Source: Azolla caroliniana
Lineage: Eukaryota; Plantae; Polypodiophyta
Assembly: GCA_043228905.1 (NCBI GenBank)
Contig: JBHGNT010000006.1
Coordinates: 4,712,001 to 4,776,000 of the forward strand
Length of the DNA stretch: 64,000 bases
Reading direction: 5' to 3'
Shown one piece after another: positions 39,901-52,489 of the stretch (its first letter is position 1; each line of letters starts with the position of its first letter). The position numbers and the translations under genes were made by a program. The notes below the pieces were generated by a model. The model worked only from the letters and a program-made list of their open reading frames with translations, ran no database searches and was not told where the DNA came from.

Positions 39901-42900
39901 CCGAACCGTTTTAAAAACCCTGAACCTCAACCGAACCAAACCGTTTTAACCATTAAGCCGTGGTTTCACGGTTTGGTTCGGTTCAAATCAAACCGTTGCT
40001 GATTGTTGGATGAAATTTTGTGCTTTATATTTTAAATGACCTATTCAACGCTAAGATATGAGAAGACTTTTCTTGTAATTTGTAATGGCATATTAATTTC
40101 ATCATATGAAATATGCAGAGAGCAGTAGAGATTACACCCTACATGGCATATGAACTCATAAAGGTAACTTTATTACACATTCGATAGTCTTTGAGATTTC
40201 ACTAGTTTTGAGGCCTTACATGTGGTGCTAATGGTTGAGAATTTAAGACTCATTTTAGGTACTCAGGTCAGAAGGTGTGGAATTTGTGGTTGCTCCATAT
40301 GAAGCTGATGCACAACTAGCCTACTTGTCTACACTTAGTCCTCAAAAGGGTGGCATTGTGGCAGTTATTAGCGAAGACAGCGATCTTTTGGCGTATGGTT
40401 GTGATGTGGTAACAGATTATTTATAGATAATTTATTCATTCAAATCTCTCTCATCATTTGGTCTTTCAGCTATGTTAAAATCATATCTTATATATCAAGA
40501 AATAAAAGTGAACATCTTAATAATGTTGGAATTGTTTGTTTTTATTTATTTATCCTGTGACTAGGTGATCTTCAAGATGGATAAATATGGCAATGGAGAA
40601 GAGATTAAACTCTCTAATGTAATGCAAAAGAAAACTTGTTCAGAAAGGCCATCGGATAGCTTGTGGTTTGGTTCCTTCACGCTGGAGCTTTTCACAGGCA
40701 AGGTTTTACTTTCTTTTAGACAAAATGCAAAGTTGGGTGGGTGATATGGAGGATTATTAGTTTCTCTTTTTTAGCTGATGCACTTACAGAGTTATATATG
40801 GCTAGATGGAATGATTAGTTTACACGTAGGATTTATCACTTTCTCTAAATAATGCCCACTTGGGAGTGTTAGTATATATCCCAAGTGGGAATTATCTAGC
40901 ATTCCACGAGTTGATATATGGACCTCCCAAGTGGGCATTTACTAGAGAAAGTAATCTTCTGCATAAGCTCATAATATCTTCTAACTATATATAAATATCC
41001 AAGTGTATTGGCTGAAAAAGAGCTATATACAGTTAGAAACGTCACTAAACGAGTGTTCTAACATATGTCTAGAAGCATATGAGTATGTGTATAAGAATAA
41101 AAAGGACATATGTAAAAAATTATTAAATAGAAAAGGATCCTCTAATCGTACTTAAAATCCTTGTAAGCATCACCCCCTTTCCCCCCTTATTTTTTTACAT
41201 TTTTTCGTGAGGGAAAATTTACAAATCTGAAGAACTAAAATCTTCAAATTGCCCCTCGTATTTCCCACAGGAAATTTCGAGCCTACCCCCTTTCTATTAG
41301 AGGGTAGCATTGACAAGTGCCCCTAGTCAAAAAGTACGAAATGAGATGATGTTCCAAAAACTAGCTAGCACATGCTAATTAATCATTCTAATTCATATTA
41401 ACCATGCTTATTAATTGATCTGCAAAATTTTATGCTTATTAGTCATGATTATTAATCTCTATTGGGATGCTTATTAATCACTAGGTTTGGTAATTTTTGA
41501 TACACATAAGCATATTCGGGTAATTTTCCCTTAACAATTGTGAGAATGAAACACATTTGTTTTGAGCTTTTGATCTATATAAGCATATTTTGATAATTTT
41601 TCCAATATACATATTGGTATACTTATTAATCACTAGATTTGGTAATTTTTTATACACATAAGCATATTTGGGTAATTTTCCCTTAAACAATTGGAGTATG
41701 AAACACATTTGTTTTGAGTTTTTGATACATATAAGCATATTGGTGGGAATGCCATATATATATTTATTTATTTGCTAAAATACTAGTATTTTTCCTTTTG
41801 ATCCATTCAGCAGTGGTGTTTGCTTAATTAATCAATTCTTCAGCATCGTGGCAGTCAATTATTATTGATAAATTAGTGGTATATTGTTTCATTAGTGACC
41901 CTAGATCACAATTCATCGGCAGCAAAAATTAAATCAATTGAATGGTGCATTTAGGAGTCAGTAGCTTTGCATTGTAAAATAACGTGGTTTAATTGGTGAA
42001 TAAGAAAATTGTTAGCGCATTTATGGATTTAAGTTAGCAGGCTTGTTTTAAGCCTTAATAATGAACCATGTCCATATATTCTCATTGTTCAGCGACTAAA
42101 AAAATTTAAAACTCGGTTTGATACCGGTTGGTTTCTTGCTAATGATGCATAAAGGGTGGCATTTGACAACTGTACGAAAAACTCGTGCAAAATCCAGTGA
42201 ATTATTTTTTTCCTTAAGTTGATTCTGTATCTGAAAGCTACTAAAACATTTCTAAAAACTTGTTTTCATATGAGTTATTAAGGACTTTAAGAGCATCTAA
42301 CCACTTTGGTAAGTTGTAAAAACTATCTGTTTAATCTGATTTCCTCTTCAATATCCTGATTGGTTTACTTTTTATTTTTTATGGTAACGTAACACCAGAA
42401 ATACCGTTTTTAACATTATTATCTTGATTCTGTGGAAAATGAGTCTAGAATAGTTTTAACAGTTTTATCTTGAATTTATTGCATGCGAGAAGCTAGAATA
42501 ACACACTATTTTTTTAATCTAGGCACTATGGTGTAAGAGAGACTTGAGTAATTTAACAAATTTATCTTGATTTTATGGTACGTGTGAGAAACTAAAATAA
42601 TAATCGATCATTTTACTTTGTGCTCCATATCAGAATTCAAACAAGCATTTAGTGTTGTTCTTGTAAAGTATTGCACATAGCTATTATATTCTATTTTATG
42701 TGGTGAGACTAGAATATTTGAACAACATTCGATACCATATATAGAATCTAATCAGAACATCTAGTAGTTCTTTATTCATCAATAAAACGCTGTCGATAAA
42801 TCCTCAGTAAGACTTTGATTCTCAAGTAAAATTTTAGTCGGGAAAACATTTACCAGAAATAATGCTAATGATAAAAATCCTAGTGAACATTTTGTTTTAT

Positions 42901-43184
42901 GAAGTATCTTTTTGATAAGAAAATGACCAATCATGCTCAATTCCATTGATCCCATAGTGGAAGAAAATTAAAGCTTAATAATGTTTCATGTGTGAAAATT
43001 CATTTGGGGTTCTTCAATAGTCCAACCTTATTGGGGGGTCGGGAGATAGATAGATAGAGAGAGAGCAGGGTTCATTGATACTTGTGTCCTATTCATTCAT
43101 TAAATATTATTGAGAGATGATTTTTGACAGTGTGTTGGTGTTCATGTATTTTCATTAATTACTTGATTAATTTTAAGTTTTATT

Positions 43185-43223
<39 letters not shown>

Positions 43224-43427
43224 AGGGATGTGTGTGTTGGCTGGTTGTGATTTCCTGCCCTCTGTAGCTGGAATTGGAATTAAAAGAGCTCATGGGTTGG
43301 TGTCCAAATATCGAGATCTGTGTAGGGTAAGGCCTCCATGAATTCTGAGTTTTTAACAATAATTAAAAAACAAAATAGTAACAGTAATAAAGGAAACCAA
43401 TGTCATGCTTTCTGTTTAGCTGTCTGA

Positions 43428-43467
<40 letters not shown>

Positions 43468-46400
43468 AATGATCCCCTCCGGCCCCCCCACCCCAATCCA
43501 CAGTCTAAAATTAAATTCTGGCATAGTGATAGCGAGTGTTTATTTTATTTATTTGGATGTGGAATTGGTTCATTAACTATGCCTTTTTGCATTGATAACC
43601 ACAACAATTTGGTAAGTAAAAAAAATGAGGCTTTCCGGTGAATTTGTGAGAGGGTGTTCCTCCGCGGAGCGTAAGTAGTAGTATTTATATATGTGCTTAT
43701 CTTCTCGTCCTTGTCTGCTTTCACACTATGTTAGAGGGAGAGCTTCAAAAGAAAAATGCGTCGGTCGTTCCTGTAGTATTTCTCTTTTTTATTCGTACTC
43801 GCATTCACACTAGTCCATGGAAGAGGCTACATTTTACCTTTATTTTATAGAATCTTGGCCCTATGATTTTGTGCTTGGCGGTTTTAGAAAAACCTTGTGG
43901 GGGAAAGGGACACCACACGAACCTGTTTTTGTATAGAGAAGAGAAAGCACGTGTAAAAAGGCTTTAACAAGTATTCGCCATGTGTGTGAATATATAGGTT
44001 TATGTTTTGTCCAACCGTACGCGCTTCTAATGTGATGTCATTTTGTCTCGAGAGACTTAACCACACCTATCTTACTCCAATATAGTGTAACAAAATTGCG
44101 AAAAATAGTTCGACATCTTTTCATGAGGTAATGGCTAATAGGGGTGTCAAATAAGTAGCATTTTGTTTGTGTTTTATGCTTACAAACAAATATGTATGTA
44201 TTCCTTTTTTTTGAAAGCTCAATTATAGTCCGGACAGACACCTTCATTTCCAAAAACATCAGATCACTTGTCCACTCTAGTTTTTCTCAATACGTTCAAA
44301 ATCTAAGAGAAGGTAAAATGTTGGGTCACATTATAGGATGATAATGTGATGGGTAATCCCAACACATTCTTTGGAGCGTATATATATCATGGAGTTTATA
44401 AATGTATGTGCGTGTGTGAAAGAGAATCTTAGATTTGATTTCTAAGGTTGCGATAAGAACTCTTGCATGTACACAACATATTATGAATTATTTTAGTTAA
44501 TAAAATTTTATCCTATCGATAGCCCCAAGCCTTTTATGGATAAATAAATATTTTGGACAGTTATAATGTGTTTTTATCTTCCTTTTTTGCCCTCACAATC
44601 AACAAATCCCGAAAGGAAATTGTGCATTTATTTTCAAATTGGTTTTTAATCAGCGTTTTAAATTCGATTCTAATAAAAGCAGAAAGGGAAGAGATGGCTA
44701 TTTGTTTTTGCTGTCTGCACTGGCAATTGCTTTTGGACAACTTGCTCTCTGCACCATTATTATTGTTCGTCTTTCTTTTGTTTTTCTTCGTGCATTTCCT
44801 CCCATTTATTCCAAACTTTGTCTCTTTCTTTAGTTAAAAAATGATGAATCTTATTACCTCATCATATTCCTGATTTACTACCTTTGCCTCTCCTTTCCTC
44901 AACAAACATTTAACACCCCCCCCCCCCCTCCCCCCTCGAAACAAAGAAGAATATAACCCCCCCAAAAGCAGAAAAAGAAAGGTGAAACGTTCATGAAAAT
45001 GTAGATTTCTAATTACTTTCCTTGGGCTAAGAAATCTCCAATTTGTTTCATTAATTTCTTTCTATTGCATTTACTTCTTTCATGCCATCGCCCCCCCCCC
45101 CCTATTGTTCCTTTTTTGTCATTTTTTTTCTTCAATTCACCTTTATGTAATGATGGATGGGGGTGGGAGTGCTGTTGTCATCACAGAGAATGCACACACA
45201 CACAGCCATGCACCCAAAAAATGAACTAGGTTCAGTTTTGTGTGTGCATATTCATCATTGTTTGCTTCCTTGGAAGTACACATGAGAGACATATTTAATA
45301 CATAGACAAAGTACAATAGAAAGGCACATTCCTCTGAAGAAAAAAAACAATCATCATACATACAACATATGGTGTTATCATTTGATATTGATTTTTGCTT
45401 TTTGCTTTTGGGTAAAAAGGCCTCGTTTAGATTTTCATGCGAATAGATTAAAGTCAAAAACCTATTGTCAAGGTTTGCTCTTTGTGCGTGCGTGTGTTTT
45501 CTCGTGGCAAAGTGGCCACTTTCCCTTGCATTTGTTTATATGCCTAGTGTTTAATAACATCATGAAACTTTGTATATTGTATACCTTCGCTGAACTTATA
45601 CCAAATAGCTGCTCTTGTTCCCTCCTGCTGTAATAGACTTTCTCTCCGCCCAACAATTCCAGATTGTACATATGAAGCTAAAATCATAATGTTGTGTCCT
45701 GTGGCACACAAATGAGAGTTTTATAGTGATAAATCTATCGTTAGGTAAGGTATATATGACTGATTTGACAAGAGTATATGTATGCACACAGAAACAGATG
45801 GAGGTAGCATCAGTACATATATGCTACAGTGGGGAAAAGTGGATTTAAAAAAATTATACTCATGGGTTGAAGGAAGGGGATTTATGCTATATACACCATG
45901 GAGGAGGGAGAGGGGAATATCATAGTACATTGGAAAGGAAGAGAATATATATAAACTAAACAATAGTGTTGTACTACAATAGGAAAGGTATACAATTGAA
46001 TGGGTAAGAAACAAAACTTGAGATAAGAAAACGGAGTGGGGAAGGGGTGGAAAGGGGGAATTAATCTCTTGGAGGATTCCAATTCCCTCTGTGTGTGCTC
46101 AATTAAATCTCTTCTTTCTTACACACGTTACTGAGATCTCAGCTATCAATCACCGTGTGTGTGTGTGTGTCTCTCTCTCTCTCTCTCTGTCAGTTTTATC
46201 TTTTTTTATGATTTCTCTTTCCTCTCTCTACATGACAAATCAATCGAAAGAAGAAGTGGCAATTGTTCCCCCCGAGAAAGGTTGCTCTACACACTGAGTG
46301 TACCCCCGTCTACGAGCAAAATCCTGCAGCTTGAGGTAGAGACGACATAAAAATTATTTTTGTGGCCACGCGGCCTGTGATTGGATGTCTAATGCACTTC

Positions 46401-46881
46401 TAGTAGTCTTTTGAAAACGCAGAGACTTCTGTCTGGTTGGACCACTACATTCTTATTTGAGTCATCTTTTGATATTGGTGACTTATGAAGGTTGGGAGAG
46501 ACCATAAGACTTTCTTGTTTATATGGGTCAGAAGAAATTTTGCAAGTCCTCCTTGATTGGACGGGGCCAACACATGCGTGTGAATCATTTGAAATGTTAA
46601 ACTTGTGATTGGACGACCGGCACACTTCTTCTTAGGCTTCAAGAGGTGCAAGATTCATGATTTGATCAAAGTATCTACACTTTCAAAATGTCCGGCTTAG
46701 TCGATTAGACCCAAACAACATTTGTGTGGGTCTCTCTTTCCGAATGCAAGAATCATGATTGGACAACCCACACATACACTATTTATTCTTACTTCCTCTT
46801 TGTCTGCCCTAGTATGAAACCAGCTGAAGTATACAACAGAGACATAGATTTTATTATTGTCCTCAGAGGTCAAATTGATTG

Positions 46882-46947
<66 letters not shown>

Positions 46948-48300
46948 GTTAATAACAGGTGTTATCAATCATGCGCTTCGATCCCAAACTAACAGTTCCC
47001 GAAGGATACGAGCTCTCCTTCAAGCAAGCTAATGCCATCTTCTCTCATGCTCGAGTGTAAGGAAAATGGAAAGAACAAAGTAGGGAAAATGATGTAAATA
47101 TATGCTTATACCAGTCACAATCTCAAAAAGTATCCTTGCCTTGTTTTCAAAATGGCCTAGTCAAATTGGGTCTCATACTCACTCAAATTTAGTAAACTTA
47201 AAGTAGCATTAGCAAATTATGCTTTTAATTATCTCAATTAAGATAGATCCACTTTCTTTGTGAAGTCCAAATCAGCAATTTACGCTTCTTAGACAACTCA
47301 TATAGAATACACACTATAATTACAGTCCTAATTAGGATCTTAAGCTTCCAATCCGGCTCATTAGGACATACTCATCAGAGCCATTAGCAATAGCATCATC
47401 TAAAGGATTACTATAACTCATTTCGTAGATTACTATCCAAAGCTTATCGAAGAATTTTGTGCTTAATTATATGCGTCATATTAAGATATTTTTATAGGCC
47501 TAAAATAGTCTGTTTCAATGGAGAAAGAAATAGCTCTGTTTTCAGTGAAGAAAATAATATCTGGTCAAGGTTAAAATAATTGACCGTCTCTTAAAGGGAA
47601 ATACTCTGTTTTCAGTGAAAGAAAATACTTGTCACTAGTTAAGCAAAAAGGAATGTCTCTATTTTAAAGGAAAACACTCTGTCCAAAGAGAAAGAATGGC
47701 TCTGTTTCAGTGAAGAGCGCTCTCTCTGTCTCTCTCTCTCTAGTTAGAGATAAAATAAATGACTGTATTTCAAAGAATAAAACACACTCGCTGGTCAGAG
47801 CAAAAAGAAAATTACTGTGTTTTGAAAAAAAAACTCTGTTTTAGTGAAAGAAATTAGTCTCTAGTTGGATAAAAAGAAGACTCTGTTTCTCTCTCTCTCT
47901 CTCTCTCTCTCTGTGCGTGTCTCTGTCTCTATCTGTCTCCCTCTGTTTCTGTGTCTATCTATCTGTAAGGCTCCCTAGTCTATGATTGATCCGTTAGTTC
48001 TCTTAAATCCTTCTTTTTCTTTTTCTTCTTCTTCTTCTTCATATATATATATATGAATTATATAATATTTTCTTCTGTCTTCCTTCTTTTCTTTCTTCCT
48101 TTTCTTCTTCTCGTCTGCTGTGATCTGACACAAGGCCGCATCTCTCTCTCTCTCTCTCTCTCTCTCTAACTGTGTGAATGTGTGTGTGTGCGCGCAGATA
48201 CGATGGGAGCTCAGAGAAGCTCTCGTTTCTGAAGCCCCTGCTTCCATCAGAGATAAGAGTGTTTAATGGCGACCTCGACTTCCTTGGGCCGTATCCCTAC

Positions 48301-48375
<75 letters not shown>

Positions 48376-49952
48376 CTGTTTATGTCTAGAAAAACAGAGC
48401 GCAGAGTGAGAGAGGGTTAGAGAGCTTGAGAGCCTCTGTGTTATCATCACTCTGTTTTCCTTCCTTCCTTCCTTCTTCTTCTTGTCCTTCCATATATCAT
48501 TTTTATCTGCATACATTATGCGGTCATGCATTTACTATTGTCTTCTTTCTTATTATTCTGGAATTTCCTTCATTCACCAAATTTGGTATCCTTCAGAGAT
48601 TTGCCGCCTTATCATGCCTTGTCCATTGCACAAGGTCGCCTCAATCCTATATCCATGTCTGCTTTCGATGAATTTGTTGACATTAAGATCCCTTCTACTC
48701 TGAACATACAATCCTATATAACTGTATGTGTTCTATCCCTGCCTCTCTCCTCTCTACATGCCTCCATGGTGCAATTTCACCCTAATTTTGCTTTCACTTC
48801 GTTTCTTTTGCAGACGACAAGTATGCAAGAAGATGAAGTAAAAGAAGAGCTTATTATTAGCTACATTGCAGATGCTGATGTCTCTTCTGCAGTCAGTGAT
48901 CATGGTAGAGCTATATTCCACACTGTAACAGATGAAATAGAAGCGAAAAAGCCCATTTTAAATTCGATTGCTTCAGCTGAAATGGACAGCTCCTCCCGCC
49001 CTTCTTCAGCCAATGATAGTGAGTGAAACCCTACCTTTCTTTTCTTCATATTATGATATATACATTTACACACATTCGCATATTTATAGCTGATTTTAAA
49101 GCCCATTAAATTTAACTAATGCTGAGCTTTGTTATGTGATCAGCTTCAGTTTCTATTCAGAGTAATAAAGGCTTCCTCACTCATCTCAAGAATCTAGCAT
49201 CTTCTCATATAAGCAGCACAGAATGGTCACCAATGCTAGATGATATCGATGAAGAGAGAGCCTCAAGAAGGTCAACGACAGTCTCACTCTCTCCTCCAGG
49301 GAACAAGAGAGTGTCTCCACTTCCACCCAATAACAATCCTTTCAGGAAACAGAGAGCAGCAGATGATTCTCTAACCTTTGCTTCAAAGAGACATACCGAC
49401 AGTAGCGATGCCGAAGGTGAAGCAGAGAAAAGAGTGATTCCTCTTCAATTCAATAGTAATGCTTGTAAGAAAGTAGAGAGGTCTAGTTTAGGAGCACCAT
49501 TAGCTTCATCACATTCCGGCTCAAAGAGGCTCTTTGGAAGAGAGGAAGAGGTATTACCTCGTGGCATGAAGGTGCTTTCTCATGGAGAATTGGGTGCAGA
49601 TCAGGTTTCAACTCCCCCTCAAGACTCTCATGACATAGAATTCGTACAAAATGGAAGCAAGGAAGAAGAATTCGAGCTCATGTACTCATCTTCATCGCTA
49701 AATGAATGCGTGGAAGAGCTAAATCCCTTGTGTCCGTCTTCGTCTTTGAATCAAAAGAAACAGAAACAGAGTAATCATGAGTCATCCGGTGCTATTCGTT
49801 ATCCAAAGAATTCTCTGGAAAGCAAGAAGATGAAAAGCAAAGGAAAGCAGGGGAGGCAACAGACCAAGATAAGCTCATCAATGCCCCCAGGCATTATCCT
49901 GACCTATTTCCAGAGATCCAACCATACTAACTTAACTAACCCTAAAGGATGA
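36914..49952 (+). CDS. EXO1: Exonuclease 1 (XPG/RAD2 family, plant EXO1B-like), ~710 aa
   Basis: Exons 36914-36991, 37457-37493, 37601-37778, 38692-38770, 40119-40163, 40259-40408, 40565-40697, 43226-43326, 46959-47056, 48198-48290, 48597-48723, 48814-49018 and 49144-49952, 2133 nt in frame. Motifs [47 protein letters not shown] and [21 protein letters not shown]. The last three exon junctions are less certain. Confidence 0.93.
37049..37186 (+). pseudogene. Degenerate duplicate of EXO1 coding exon 1 inside intron 1
   Basis: ATGGGGATTCAAAGTCTTTTGAAGGTATTGAAAC... mirrors 36914 onward. The donor is mutated (CACGGATAAG vs CACGGGTAAG) and the frame ends in TAA. Confidence 0.8.
38191..38511. mobile_element. 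Degenerate foldback/MITE in EXO1 intron 3
   Basis: gtattcatag...gtcactatgttagcattgc is inverted relative to gcaatgctagtgtagtgat...ctatgaatac. Confidence 0.45.
39398..40008. mobile_element. Non-autonomous hAT-type MITE (611 bp) in EXO1 intron 4
   Basis: TIR TAACAATCGGAAACGG / CCGTTGCTGATTGTTG. 8-bp TSD GATGAAAT at 39390-39397 and 40009-40016. Many subterminal AACCG/CGGTT motifs and an internal ~130-bp duplication. Confidence 0.88.
40762..41024. mobile_element. Degenerate foldback MITE in EXO1 intron 7
   Basis: Ends ctctttttttagctgatgcactt / aagtgtattggctgaaaaagag. Inner arms actttctctaaataatgcccacttgggag / ctcccaagtgggcatttactagagaaagt. Confidence 0.65.
41470..41741. repeat. ~152-bp tandem duplication (intronic)
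   Basis: cttattaatcactagRtttggtaattttt.atacacataagcatatt...gaaacacatttgttttgag... occurs at 41470 and 41622. Confidence 0.85.
46885..46944. repeat. (GA)30 microsatellite
   Basis: Read directly. Similar tracts lie near 18097-18139, 43189-43218, 43431-43464 and 48305-48372. Confidence 0.95.
47505..47890. repeat. Degenerate repeats in EXO1 intron 9
   Basis: Recurring ctctgttttcagtgaaagaaaata-like blocks. Confidence 0.6.
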
Positions 49953-52220
49953 AGTCATCAATATATATATACATATATAGAGAGAGATACACATATTGAC
50001 ATACATATATATATATATATGTATGTAGACATCTCTTTTCATGACACCGAAAGACCTCAAAAACCCACAGCTGAAAGCTTCTTGATACAGACAATATTAT
50101 TTGTCTGCTCTTTTCTTCGTCTTCTTCTTCTTCTTCTTCTTCTCTATCTCTGTTTATTGATTATTCTAGTTCACCCTCTTTCTGTCATCCATATGCTTCA
50201 GTTACAACAATTCCTCAGATTTGCAACATTCCTTCTCCAATGTACGCCTCCCCAAATGTCTCTTCACATCATCCCTCTCAACTTTTTGGCAAGATTTCCT
50301 TAATCATCAACAAGACAGCATTGATGTTTCCTTTCTTCTTCTTTGATTTTCTATTCTTGATTCTTATTCTTATTCTTATTATGTGTAACTTTTTCCTTAT
50401 GTCTTGTTTGGAAAATGTTAGAGAGAAGTCTAACTAACTTAACTGACCAACTATCTACGACTAACCAACACTTAACACCTTACAAAATGTGTCACCATGA
50501 AACTTATGGCCCCTTTTTTGTGCTTTTGGCTTTTGTAAAACTTTTAACAAGGATTTTTCTCCACAATATAAGAACATCCCAAATTTATTATTACAAAAAA
50601 TGGCTGTTTTTTTTTCTCTTGTTCACATAAAAAGCTTGGTTAATATTTACTGTTTAGAATTGTTTTTCTCAAAGATTCATTTTGGAATCAAGACTATCCA
50701 TAAGAAGCAGACAGTGAGACCCTTGTTTATTGCAAGTACGTTGAATAAACATTGCAAGGACTAGGCATATGTTGTAATGGTACCAAGTGAATTATGGTCT
50801 TCCATTTCCCAGTTGAAAAGGTGATTGCTTCTTCTATATATTTGCATATTTTTCTGTTTTAATGTTGCAGAAGCTACGTTTTTGCTTGGTGATTTCGTCC
50901 TCTAATGTGACATTTTTGTGGATTGACTAGTATCTTGAATGATTATGATTTTCATGCCAACTATTGGGTATTATGATGATATTACTAACGATAACGATGC
51001 TTCTTACTGGCATGGATGGCCATATGGATATTTGTTCATACTATGATTTGAGTACACATACACAGTAAATAATCATTGAGGTTACATTGGAGCAAATTTA
51101 TGACACAACTTATTAGAGATATTGGTGTAGTTTCATGATCTACAGACATATGCATGTCTTAGATAGTCTAAAATATAGATTCACATACATTTTGTATGAA
51201 CGCAGACCATTATCTTATTATAATTTCGTTATTGGCTCATATGTATATCTGTTGCATCATCTTGGCATGGGTAAATTTCAGGCTTAGTACATTTAGTTCT
51301 GTCCACTTTCCAAATTACCTACCGAGAAATATAAGGCTTTACATAGGGTTTATTAGTGATACATGAATACACACATTGATGAAACAGTTCCCATGTTTCA
51401 AATTCCACAATATGTACTTGCGAGGAGTAAACCATTACTTGCTAACAAATGTGCAAGTAGAGGATTACTTGCTACTATTAAGCATTGCCAATTTAACCAC
51501 TTGCCATTGCCATTCTTTTTGTGTTTATGAGTTTATGAAGTACTTCATTCTTTTAATGCTTCCCATGGATTAGATGTTATTTGTTCACAAAAAAAAATTC
51601 ATTAGAATTGAATGGTAACTCGATATGGCACCAACCAAGAATTGGTGTGATACTTAACATTGTGATGAGTTTTAATATTGTTGCAAGCAACGATATTTGA
51701 ATGCAATGGAATATAATATAATATTAGAAGCAACAAAGATTATATTATACATAATATGTGTTAGAGCACCTAAGAGTTATCACAACAAAGGGATGATGAT
51801 ACAATGAAGGGGAGTCAAATGCCACGTATTGGTTGTAGCGATTCAATAATCAATCATGGTCATGTTTTGATCATACTCCATATGTATATAATCACATTGG
51901 CGGAAACTTGAAGAATTTGTTTTGGATGCCAACAAAAAGTTTACAAGCAAGCATTGAGGATTGCCATGTGGGGAGAGGGGGGGAACTTGGGTCGGATACC
52001 ATCATGGTGAATGCGCCACGCCGGCTTATTGTGAGGATTCCGAGATTATGTCCTCCGGACACAAAATGTGGTTGTCGAGACACCATCCAGCTATGTGGCT
52101 TGATGTCCGTTCATTCTCGATCACGGACCCAACCCTCTTAGAAGAAGCCCACAAGGGTATGGAAGCTGTGGCCATCCAATGTGGAGAAAACATACATACA
52201 TACACACACACACACATACA

Positions 52221-52255
<35 letters not shown>

Positions 52256-52489
52256 TTATATATATAACAAAAAAGAAATATGGTGATAATAATAATAAAT
52301 AATAATGATAAAAGAACAAAGGTGATGGTTAAGCTTCCATGCAGCAGCACGTATGGCTGCCTTCTTCTGATCATACATCTTCTCCTCCTTCTATATATAT
52401 ATGTAGATATACACAATCGTATAGAAGAAGAAGAAGAGTAATCAAGCAGGGAAGAAGGAAGAGCAATCCGGACAGCTGTGGTGATCATC

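Noticed and set aside
43930-43960. miR156/529-like string agagaagagaaagcac
   Set aside because: Not a full match to the mature sequence and no complementary arm nearby.
46366-46385. ER stress element (ERSE)
   Set aside because: CCACG-N9-ATTGG has the half-sites in the wrong relative orientation.
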